From Selaginella moellendorffii (taxonomy: Eukaryota > Plantae > Lycopodiophyta): a stretch of DNA of 64,000 bases. The stretch is from NCBI RefSeq assembly GCF_000143415.4, contig NW_003314361.1:248001-312000 (forward strand). Reading direction: 5' to 3'. A program made the position numbers and the translations under genes. The notes below the pieces were generated by a model. That model did not search any database and was not told the DNA's origin. It saw nothing but the letters and a program-made list of their open reading frames with translations. How positions within the stretch are numbered: the stretch's first letter is position 1; each line of letters starts with the position of its first letter. This document shows positions 48,894 to 60,600 of this stretch, one piece after another.

Positions 48894-51455
48894 TATGGCC
48901 ATTTCAAAGTATGACACTTGATTTCGTCACTTGCTTGCCGAAGTTTAAGGGTTATGATACTTTGATGGTGGTTGTGGATCGGTTGTCGAAGATTGCATAC
49001 TTCATTCCAACTGTGGAAACAGTAAATGCGAAGCAAGCAACAAAACTTTGTTTCCAAGAAGTCATGTGGGTTTGTGGTCTTCCTAAAGAGATAATCTTGG
49101 ATAGAGATTTGAGATTTATGGGGAAGTTTTGGGGCACACTGTTCTAGTTGTTCGGTATCAAGTTGAAATTTAGTACAGCTTATCATCTTTAAACTGATGG
49201 GCAGACCGAATGTGTGAATGCTCAAGTTGAGGATTATCTGCGGTACTATGTCGTAGTGGACCAACGCAACTAGGTTGAGCATTTAGACACAGCAAAAATT
49301 TGTTATAACAACACATTTCACAGCGCTATTGGTTGTTCTCCATAGGAGATGCTACAAGGAAATGCTCGTGGGGTGCCTCAACAGATTGTTATACCAAAAC
49401 CAATGTCCAAAGTGTTGGTCCCGGCTGTTGAGACTTATGCAGAGCAGCTACGCCAAGGTTGGTCTAGAGCTACTAAGGCAATGGGCAAAGCTCAGGATAG
49501 GTATTGACGTGATAAGGATCAACATCATCGGGATGTATCCTATCAAGTTGGAGATTAGGTGTGGCTATATTCCCGAAACTTGAATATTAAGAGCTCCTTG
49601 TCCCAGAAGCTATTACCAAAATATGTTAGACCTTATCGGGTGTTGAGGCGAATTGGTGATGTATCCTATAAGTTGGATCTTCCAGATGAGTTATTCCATG
49701 TACATAATGTGTTTCATGTTAGTTTATTGGCACTATATCATGTTGATGCGGATCACTCTATGGACATTCGTCCCCCTCCAGAAGTTATGCATGGTGACCT
49801 TGAGTATGACGTCGAGGTGATTCTCTTGTCCCGCAAAGCTTGTGGTGGTCGTTCCAAGAAATGGAAAGGTTACCCAACTTGTGAATTAACTTGGGAACCT
49901 CTTAGGAATCTTACACATGCTCGTGAGCTTGTCATGGAGTATGAAAATCGTAATAAAGAATAATTTTGTAAATCTTGCAAATCAATAAAGTAATATATTT
50001 TTATAAATCAAACGTTTCATTTCTCTTGTTCGTTAGTACTTGGGTCAGTTTTGGCAGGTTGACTTTGGCACTTTGGTGCATGGGTAAAATCCATAACCAT
50101 GGGGATAACTATTATAGACTGATCACAAGTCCCTGCCTGTCTCTCGATGATTCATTTTTGAAAAGGGGTGTGGTCGTGTAAACAACTTAATTTACCAGTT
50201 TATTATAGTTGTCTAAATCTTCCCGACGGGGTTAATTTCTTACTCAGGGGACGTCGGGCCTCTGGCCTTCTCCCTATGTTCTTGCGGGCAAGGATGTATC
50301 ATTCCTTTGTAAGCCAAGTTGTACTTGGAGTAACAAGGGTGGCTAACTCTGTTAGTCATTTCCTTGTCAGTGACGGCCAGAGGGTGTCTGAGTCTTAATG
50401 TCTTTGGACGTAGAGGAGAGGTCGTTCCATAACTCATTTAAGTCGGTGTGTTTCTTACATAGTGTGCTTTTCGTTAACTTTCGGAGTTTTTTCCTTGACG
50501 GTTTACTAGACTCGGGTATGCATCAACAAGGACGTCAATTTTCCCCAAGGGGGGAGAGTGTTGCAAATGTGACTTTAGGTATCGAAAGATATTTTTCAGC
50601 CAGTCCTTACGAACACTCTTTCCTTACTGCCATGACAACAGAAGGTCGGTAGAGCTGGTTCCCTTTATCATTCCCACTTGAGCTAGTTGAGAAACTAGTC
50701 AATGACCTTGTACTTAAATTGGATAAACATAAGGTAGGAACCTATGTGTTTCTTGCTGAGTATACTCAGCCTGGTTTGAAAAACTTGTGTCATTGTCTTG
50801 CACTTGCTAGTATCAAGAACCCCCACATATTGAAACTAGTCCCTCAATATCACTAAATGATAGTTACCCTCACTATCATGCCCTTTGTATTAGTCTCATT
50901 TCAGTTCCAAATACTATTTATGAAAAGTGTTTGGATTTGCTCATTTAGCATATCTACAGAATGTAGAGATTGGCCTGAACATAATAGTGTTCGTCCCGTG
51001 TCCAAATTCGCAATCTAAGGACATTCCATATTTAGTAAGTTTTGAGCTTGTCCCAAAAACTAACTCTTGGTACTAAGGGAGGCTTGGGGAAAAAGCCCAA
51101 AGAGTGTGTTCCTCAGGGGGGGGGGGAGGTTATGGAGGGTTCTAAATGTATAGTAAGGATAGTGGTTAGAATGTATGTCTGACCACCTGAGACATTAGTT
51201 TGGCTCCCACTAGGCTATGTCTCTCCTTGTTCTGCGTCCGGCTTGGGTCTAAGCCCAAGCTCCATGCTGCTCTAGTCGGTGGGGTACCCTTCTCGCGTTA
51301 GGCCACTGGTATGCCAAAATTGTGCCAAACTCCGTCTGACACCATTTTATGTGCAAATGTTGGATATGGGGAGTTGGTGCTCGTGGGATTGTACCGGACC
51401 CTCATTTTGTAGCGCAATGGGCTTAGAGTTCGGCTCTAAATTCAGGTGCACTACA
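48894..51455 (+). mobile_element. 3' half of a chromovirus (family A'): integrase, chromodomain, PPT and 3' LTR 50559-51455
   Basis: LDFVTCLP...VVVDRLSK, HNVFHVSLL and the chromodomain EYDVEVIL...KWKGYPTCELTWEP. PPT AAGGGGGGAGAG precedes TG...CA. Confidence 0.9.
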
Positions 51456-51754
51456 TATGGGATTAGTATTTGACGAGCATTCTTCCACTTATCCAAGCAA
51501 AGTCTGCCGAACACTTAAGCCGCATACAAGTGGGACAACAATGGTACTACAACTCCCATCATCGTTTACCTACGAAGGACAAAGTGGATGACTTGGTATT
51601 AGTACATTTTCCCCGTTTTACAATATGTGGTTTATCTAAGAGGCTCCTTGCTCAGTGGAAAGGACCGTATCAGGTGTTGCACCAAGTTGGACCACAAGTT
51701 TATGAGGTTTGGCATGACGTCCAGCAGGCCCATCCTTCAGAAATTGTGCATGTT
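51456..51754 (+). mobile_element. Family B integrase-tail fragment between two opposed LTRs
   Basis: Matches 63424-63722 (YLTSILPL...QWKGPYQV...IVHV). Confidence 0.85.
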
Positions 51755-53672
51755 TGTAGCACATATGAATTTGGAGCTGAATCCAAGCCTATTGTGCTAC
51801 GAAACGAAGGTCCGGTACAATCCCATGAGCACCAACTCCCCATATCTAGCACCTGCATGCAAAATGGTGTTAGACGATGTCTGGCACAATTTTGGCATAC
51901 TAGTGGCCTAACGCGAAGAGGAGGGTACCCCACCGACTAGAACAACATGGAACTTAAATTTAGACTCAAGCCGTATGTAGAACAACGAATGACACAACCC
52001 AATGGGAGCCAAACTAATATCTTAGATGGTCAGACATGCATTCCAACCACTATCTTTACTATACATTTGGAACCCCCCATACTCTCCCCCACCCTACACG
52101 CTTTGGGCTTTCACCCCAAGCCTCCCTTAGTACTAGGAGTTAGTCTCTAAGACAAGCTTGAAACTTACTAAATATGGAATATCCTTAGATTGCAAATTTG
52201 GACACGGGACGAACACTATTGTGTTTAGGACAGTCTCTAAATTCTACAGTTATGCCAAATGAATGAATCTAGACACTTTCCATAAATAGCATTTAGGACT
52301 GAAATAAGACTAACACAAAAGGCATGATAGCAAGTGTTTAAGAGACATAGTAAGCTATCATCCAGTGATATTAAGGGAGTATTCTCAATACGTGAGGGTT
52401 TTTGCCAAGCCCATACAAGATAAGGCCACTAATGCTCAACTAAATACACATAGGAGTTTCTATCTTATGTTTATCTGGCTAAGTATAGATGCTAAGCCTA
52501 GTAAATTAACACTTGGACAAGATGGGCTACTGAAGGGAGCCAACAGTACTGACATCCTACCATCATAGTAGTAAAGAAAGACTGCCTATAAGAACTGGCC
52601 AACAAGTATCTTTTGATACCCAAAATCACATTTGCGACATTCTCCCCCTCTTGTGAAAGATCAACATCCTCATCGATGCATACTCAAGTCTAGCAAACCA
52701 TCAAAGAAACAACTTTGAAAGTTAATGGAAAGCACACTATATAGGAAACACACCGACTTAAATGAATTATGAAATTACCTCCCATCTATATCTAAAGATA
52801 TTAAGACTCAAACACCCTCCGGCCGTTACTAACAAAGAAATGATTAATGGAGTTAGCCACCCTTGCTGCTCCAAGTACCACTCAGCTTATAAAGGAATGA
52901 TACATCCCTGCCCATAGGGACATAGGGAGAAGGCCAGAGGCTCGATGTCCCCTGAGCAAGAAATCAACCCCGTCGGGAAGATTTAGACAATTATTATAAA
53001 TTGGCAAATTAAGTTGTTTACACAACCACGCCCTTTTCAAAAATGAGTCATCAAGAGAGAGGCAAGGACTTGTGATCAGTTTATAATAGTTATCCCCATG
53101 GTTATGAATTTTACTCATGCACCAAAGTGCCAAAGTCAGCCTACCAAAACTGACCCAAGTACAGAGAAACAAAACTTTGATTTATAGAAATATATTACTT
53201 TATTAATTTGCAAGATTTATTGCAAGATTTACAAAAGCTAATCTTTATTACAATTCTCATACTCCATTACAAGCTCACGAGCATGTGTAGGATTCTTAAG
53301 AGTTTCCCAAGTTGATTCACAAGTTGGGTAACCTTTCCACTTAACTAGATATTAATTCACATGAGCCCATCTCTGAAACAGAGAATCCAAGATAGACTCA
53401 GCTTCATACTTAGGTTCACCATCAATGATCATTGGCAGAGGACAAATGTCCATAAAGTGTTCCACAACAGCATGATATGGTGCCAGTAAACTAATATGAA
53501 ACACATCATGTATTTGGGATAACTTATCCGAAAGATCCAACTTATAGGATACATCATCAACTCACTTCAATATTTGATAGGGCCCGACATATCTCGGTAA
53601 CAGTTTTTGAGATAAAGATCCCTTAATATTCAAGTTCCATGATGATAGCCACACTTGATCTCCCACTTGATA
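51755..53672 (-). mobile_element. Second family A' 3' end in reverse orientation (LTR 51755-52639)
   Basis: Reverse complement of ~49540-51455, including the PPT, integrase tail and chromodomain remnant. Confidence 0.9.
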
Positions 53673-56600
53673 GAACTTTAAAACAACCATAAGTTTGTCA
53701 AGATCAACTTGCAAACCCTCATGAGAAATACGGTACCCAAGATAAGTCATGTCTTTGAACCCAAACATGCACTTTGACCACTTTAGCTTTAAACTAACGT
53801 CCTGTAGTTGATCTAATACTTTACAAACATCATAGATGTGTTCCTCCCCCCTTCCAAGTGTATTAAGACATCATCAATGAAGTTAGCAATTACCTCCAGC
53901 ATATCATAAAGAACCTTGTCCATCATCCACTGAAAAGTCATTGGAGCATTATTCAAACTAAACGGCATCACCAAAAACTTGTATAAACCAAATGGTATAC
54001 GAAAAGTAGTCTTAGGAATATCTTCTTCAGCCATCGATACTTGCTAGTGTCCAGAATGAAGATTTAACTTGGTGAACTAATGATTTATCCCCAAACGATC
54101 CAAGAGATCAGTAGTGTGAAGAAAAGGGTACATATAAAAGATTATCATTTTGTTTAACAAACAATAGTTGATGTAAAAATGAATACTCCCATTAAACTTC
54201 ATCACAAAATGAGGCTCACATGCCCAAAAGCTTTACAACTTTTGAATAACACCCTTTTCCAACATCTCCTTGATGTTTGCATGTAAAATTTTGATCTCTT
54301 TGGATGACTGACAACGAACAAAAACCTTGATTGGACGAGCATCCCCGGTTGGAATCAGATAACATATAGCAATCTTGGCCCCAGAAAATAGGTCAAATTC
54401 AAAAAGATCAGCATATTCCTTCATGAGCCAGTCAACCGCTGCAACACAAAGACTGTCAAAAAGATCGAAAAAGAGAAAAGCATAACAAGACAAAAACATA
54501 AAAGGAAGTAATAGGGAGACAAAAGTAATGAAATTAGAGGTAAAATAAAGGAACAAAAAAGTACAAAAGTGAGAGGAATGTATGAAATATAAAGAAGTAT
54601 AAAACAAGGGGGAGAAGCTTCAAAGTCACATTTGGCATGATTATTGTAAGCAACCAAAGGGAACGACTCGAGAGACGGTTTATGGGGTTCAAATATAGAG
54701 GGAAAGGGCCCATGAATAAGAGTGCACCCCCTTTTCCAAATGGTTAAGGGTCTTGGGATAGTTGGAGTTAAGCGTCCTTGGGTGTGAATAGTACTGGGCT
54801 GGGTGACCTCCCGGGAAGTCCAAAACTCAGGAGCTTACATTTGGTATCGGAGCGGTCTCGGGTCCAACTCTGTTGGTTGGCTAAGGGAATCACACCACAT
54901 GTTGATTGACATCTGGTTGGTCCAGTTTGCTCCCGCTAGGCTCGACCCGAGGGGTAGGGTGTCAAGAGAGCTGCGGCTCTCAGATTCCGTTCACGAGGGC
55001 GTGAACTTGCAAGGAAGCGTGGTGGATTGTAAGCAACCAAAAGGAACGACTCGAGAGACGGTCCATGGGGTTCAAATATAGAGGGAAAGGGCCCATGAAT
55101 AAGAGTGCACCCCCTTTTCCAAATGGTTAAAGGTCTTGGGATAGTTGGAGTTAAGTGTCCTTGGGTGTGAATAGTACTGGGCTGGGTGACCTCCCGGGAA
55201 GTCCAAAACTCAGGAGCTTACAATTATGCTGTAACTAATCCATACCAAAGATGAAGTCAAAAGCTTGACTCAGCACCACCTACAATGATTGCAATCCAAG
55301 TTCAAGATCACCCACACGCACAACTAAATCCGCCTCATCTCGTGCATATGTATGTATATGGTTGTTGCCATAAAGAACAAAAATTGGCTCCGCCGTATGA
55401 TGCAAATGTAAATGGCAACGTGTGGCAATAGATTAAGCAATAGAAGATAAACTCAAACATGTATCAACTACCATGGGGAGAATAATAGGAGACCTCTTGT
55501 TATAAAAACAAGCTTGAAAAGTAAATACTAGATGAATTGGTGTTGAATGAACCCCTTGATGATACTCTTGAAAGAAAGATAGAATCATTGATTTATTCGT
55601 GCAAAGTCCCTTTATTACTCGTATGACTCCTCGTTTCCCGGATACAGCTCAGTGTCCAAACCTTATACTGCAGCAGCACCAATAGGATGTTGTTGATGCC
55701 AAGGTCTCCATGCAGGAAATATAAGCCTCCAATTCCGAAAACGCCGACAACACCGATAAGTGTGACCAACTTCATCACATACCCAACAGCGAACATCACA
55801 GCCATAACCACATCCTCGCCCTTGTCCTTGAACTCAAACAGTAATAGCATCAACCTCCATTGGAATATGACCATCTCTCATAGGAAGTGGAGCTGAAGGG
55901 CATACAGCGAGAAGTGGAAAAGGCAATATTTTATAACGTTGTGCCAAGCAAAGGCATTGTTAAGGGTGGCTAGAGCAAATGCATGCAAAAGTCTTACAAG
56001 ATCTTGATGAAGTCTTGGCCACAGCATTCCTAGCTTGATCCGCTTTAACATATTTTACTCTGCATGAAGCAAGAAGCTTCGGAAACAAATGCCAAATTGC
56101 ATCACCGACTCTGATAGCCCTTGACAAAAACAATGCAATTGTTGGAAGGCATCATCACAATCATTGACATGTCTGAATGTGTGTTTGAAAACGTCTAGGA
56201 GAATACTCCAATCCCCACGAGTGGCTGCATTCAAACCATTATACCACTGTAGCACTATCCTTTGGAGATATGTGGGAAACTCACGCAAATGTCAAATATC
56301 ATCCCAAGAATGATATGTGGCAATCACCATGAAGTGATCGAATCAATAGTACACATCATTCCCAAGATTCCCACAAAAGAATTTTAGCTAAACTTAAGGA
56401 TTGGCACTAAAAGCAGAAGGAGTTGTACCACGTGCCATGAATATTGCCATCAACTGAGTTTGGTTGTTCAATTGCAATAACATAGCCTTAAGCAATTGCA
56501 CCAACTACTACTCTAGAGTCAAAGGAGAAGGAAACTATTGCTCTACCATGAAGATGAATGAAAAAGAAAGAGCAAAAGAAGAGAAATATAAAAAAACTAA

Positions 56601-57299
56601 AAGGAAAAGGAGATTTAAACAAAGTAAAAGTTATATCTAAACCAAAATCCCAATACCAAGTTTTCTTGCATGAGCACATTGCCATTTATGCATAGTGCTA
56701 GTAACAAGTAATGACAAATGCCTTGAAAGGGTAAAATTATTATTTATATATTACATTCGAAATATAAACAAAATGTTCACTAATGAAAAGTATCCCTCCA
56801 TGCAAATAAGTCACAATCAATGCAAGAAACAAACTCCCACCCCAAGTTGCATGATGTATGTGTGTGAAGAGGCTATATGCAGTATTAGCCCACGAGAAGA
56901 CATTGTAACTCTCATTATATGGATGTAGGTAAACACGATAATCATGCCCAAAGTTCATTTTGGAATGTAAGACATGAAATTACATTTCACTACTGCTATA
57001 TACACATATCCTCACTTTGTGTGTTGAAAGGAAAGAACAAAAAATAGGAAATAGAAAAAACTAGATCTAATAAAAAATCTCAAATCCAAACACTCCTCGA
57101 GGATAATCAACAACTCCATTAATGTGAATGCATAAAATATAGAAAGGGGAATATAGAAAATGTGTATATCAATTAGCCCAAAAACCCTAACTTATATATA
57201 AGAGCAAATAATCTGAATTAAAACCAATTTGACAGCTACCAAAATCCCACTATGTTAATATTAGTATACGGCATCATAGCCATATACTTGGACCTCACA
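53673..57299 (-). mobile_element. Family B 5' half in reverse orientation (5' LTR 57123-57299, gag, protease, partial RT)
   Basis: Reverse complement of the family B LTR and gag/RT (MAEEDIPKTTFR, LQWYNGLNAATRGDW). Interrupted by the TRIM and by a ~375-bp unrelated insert near 56650-57025. Confidence 0.88.
54645..55222 (+). mobile_element. Cassandra-type TRIM with 5S rRNA-derived segments in both LTRs
   Basis: 195-bp LTRs at 54645-54839 and 55028-55222 (TGTAAG...CTTACA) with an ATTAT TSD. PBS TGGTATCGGAGC, a 188-bp non-coding interior, and a 5S-like core at 54766-54821 and 55149-55204. Confidence 0.93.
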
Positions 57300-57630
57300 A
57301 GATGAAGTTACTTCTACTAATAAAAATAATGATTGATTTCTCAATTTAACATAACCTCCCATTCTTCATAGTGCAATACAATTTTTTAATATAAATGAAA
57401 AAGCTTCAATAAGATCATTTCTAGTAGCTATAAGATTACAAGTTGTTCTTCTTGATACTACTAAAGCAACTCTCAGATTTAGAAAATATGTTCTGTACTT
57501 TATTCTCAATGGGTCATTAGCTCATTGATTTAACATATTATATGAAACATCACAATATTCATTCAAGATTCAATGGTAGCACTTGAATAACACAAAGATT
57601 TAATAAAATATAAAAGCATAAATATTAAAG

Positions 57631-60600
57631 TGTGAGGGCCAAGTGTACGGCTACAATACCATATACTAATATTAGCGTAGTGGGATTTTGGTAGCCGTCA
57701 GATTGGTGTGAGACACAAAATCCCTAGGCCCCAAAGTGGAGCCGGAAGGGTGCCATGTGGTAGTGGCTGAAGCGAAAGCCAAACGAGTGTAACACGTTTG
57801 GGCCAAAAGCTCCGACTTGAAAGGTCGAGAGCGGGAGTGAAACTCCTAACGAAGTGCTCGAGGAATGAGCACGAAGCGAGCAATAAGCGAGGCTCCAAAA
57901 AGGGACCCAAAAGGACCAACACATGACACATGGAAGTGTCCGAGATGGACCCAAGATGGACCCAAGATGGAGTCCGAGATAGACCCAAAATGGACCCGAG
58001 ATGGAGTCTGAGATGGAGTCCGAGATGGACCCAAGATGGACCCAAGGTGGAGTCCGAGATGGAGTCCGAGATGGACCCCGAGATGGAGTCCGAGATGGAC
58101 CCGAGGTGGAATCCGAGATGGACCTGAGGTGGAGTCCGAGATGGACCCGAGCTGGAGTCCGAGATGGACCTGAGGTGGAGTCCGAGATGGACCCAAGGTG
58201 GAGTCCGAGATGGACCTGAGGTGGAGTCCGAAGTCGAGACCGGGACCGAGACCGGGACCGAGATCGAGACCGAGACCAAGACCGAGGCCAAGACCGAGGC
58301 CGAGACTGAGTCCGAATCCGAGTCCGAGTCCGAGTCCGAGTTCGAGTCTGAGAGGGTGAAAGCCCAAAGCGTTCGTCTCCCAGACCCTGGGAGGTTTGGT
58401 GAGGTCCAAAAGTATAGTAAGGGGGAGGACTGCAGTGGAGCCAGTTTGGCCAGGAAAGGCCAATTTGGCCCAAGAAGGCCGGACCCAGTGTTGGGTGATG
58501 AGCTGCCCACTGGGAAGTCCAAGACTAGAGTGAACACGGACCGACAAGCGGGGTAGCTTGGTGAAGTGTTCAAGAGCCGGCTCTAGTTCCCCCGGGAGAT
58601 CGACTGACCGATGCTCCCAATCCAAGTGTGGGTGGCACTACCTACTTGGATACTAGGCATGGCTCAACGGAACCTCGCTCTAAGCCCATGGCTAGAGCAC
58701 CCAAAGGCGGAAGGTGGGGAGAGTACCCATGAGGCTTGCGTAAGGCCACGGTGTTCCGAAATGTTGTCCCAAAGGCCCAGATTGTGGAAAGGAAGAGGAG
58801 TAGGCCTCTAGTGTAGTGACCAATGACACAGTTGAGCGGTGAGGAAGTCCCCGAGGACCGTGGGACTTAGTGGTTGGGCCTGTAGGCCTTGATCTAGTGG
58901 TAGTGTTGGCAAACACGGCTAAGGATAGAAAGGGACTTGGTGGGGGACCAAAAAGGAGATATTGGGGAAGGCTATTCCCCATGTTTACGGGCACCCTAAG
59001 GATGCTAAGGAGTGGATCTGGGATAACCACTCATGGACGGATGGCCCAGTCTTGGAGAGACGGGATTGCAATGCAGGTGGTGTTGGACCACTGATGTGAC
59101 TAAGGTGATTGGGCATGGCCTAGCGTAACGGGCTGGTATGTTGGTGGTGCCTTGGGGTGTCGGTTAGGGGACCGGACACGTGGAGCACTTGGACCAAGTG
59201 CAAAGGTTGAATGGCATGGATGTCATTCTCGAGGCTAGCAAGCCCCAAGTCCTGAGTGGGATTTATGGAGGTTGTGAATGAGACTCCTCCAAGCGGTCGG
59301 AAGTGCGGTTAAGTGACTAAGGTAATATGGAAAAATTTAGTCGCTTACAATTGGTTTCAATCAAGACCACTCGCTCCTGTATATAAGCTAGGGTTTTTGG
59401 GCTAATTGATATGCACATTTCTGCATTCCCTTTCTATATTCCAAGCACTCACATTAATGGAGGTGAGGGGCACCTTTGATTGTCCCTGAGGAGTGCTTGA
59501 ATTTGGGATTTTGGTTTATATCTAGCTTTTTCCATTTCCTTTCTTTTGTTCTTCCCTTTCAGGATTTTGGTTTAGATCTAGCTTTTTGCATTGTCTAGAT
59601 CTCCCATTTCCTTCTCATTTTTTGTCGTTTCTCTTCTTTTGCTCTTTCTTCGTCCGTCTTCATGGCAGATCAGCAATCTCCTCCTTTGACTCTCGAGCAG
59701 CAGTTGGTCCAATTGCTTGATGCTATGCGCTTGCAATTGAACAACCAAACTCAATTGATGGCGGCATTCACAGCACGTGGTCCAACTCCTCCTGCTCTTG
59801 GTGCCAATCCTCGCATTTGGCCGGAGTTCTTTCGTGGGAATCTTGGGGATGATGTGTACCATTGGTTCGATCACTTCACGGTGATTGCCACATATCATTC
59901 TTGGGATGATGCTCAACGTTTGCGTGAGTTTCCCACTTATCTTTAAGGGACGGCGTTGCAGTGGTACAATGGATTGAGTGCGGCCACTCGTGGGGATTGG
60001 AGTGTTCTTCCAGACGTCTTCAAACGCACCTTCGGACATGCTGACGATTGTGGTGATGCCTTCCAACAATTGCATTGTCTTCCCCAAGGGCCATCTGAGT
60101 CAATGATGCAATTTGGCGTTCGTTTCCGAAGTCTTTTGCTTCGTGCGGTGCCCAATATGTCGGAGCGGATCTCGGCCTTGTGCATGCACTTGCTCTTGCC
60201 ACCCTTGATGATGCTCTTCGTTTGGCACAACGTTATGAGACGTCACCTCTTCCACTTCTCGTTGCACATCCTTCCACTCCACTTCCTATGAGTGATGGTC
60301 CTGTTCCAATGGAGGTTGATGCTACTGCTACTCGAGTCCAAGGACAAGGGCGAGGACGTGGTCGTGGTCATGATGTTCGTTGCTGGGCGTGTGATGAAGT
60401 GGGTCATACTTATCGGCGTTCTCGGCGCTTTCCGGATTGGCGACCTCCATTTCCTGGGTGGAGACCTTGGCGTCAGCAACGTCCCGTTGGTGCTGTTGTG
60501 GTGGAAGGTTTGGACACTGAAGTGCATCCGAGAAACGAGGAGTCACGCGAGTAACGGAGGGACCTTGCGCGAATAAATTAGTGACCCCTCCATCTTTCTT

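Noticed and set aside
48894-51460. TATGG at both ends of the A' fragment as a TSD
   Set aside because: The left copy is not next to an LTR, and the host sequences on the two sides overlap by ~270 bp instead of being contiguous.
52518-52545. miR319-like ACTGAAGGGAGC
   Set aside because: Short match inside an LTR with no fold-back partner.
54766-54821. 5S rRNA gene
   Set aside because: Only the internal ~56 nt are present, inside TRIM LTRs. The 5S 5' and 3' ends and the T-run terminator are absent.
56650-57025. ~375-bp insert in the reverse family B copy as a MITE
   Set aside because: No convincing terminal inverted repeats or TSD could be read.
57698-58625. 250-290 aa ORFs in three minus frames, and a CRISPR-like repeat appearance
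   Set aside because: Stop-free tandem array inside a solo LTR. There are no unique spacers and no cas genes. The same applies to 37860-38123.
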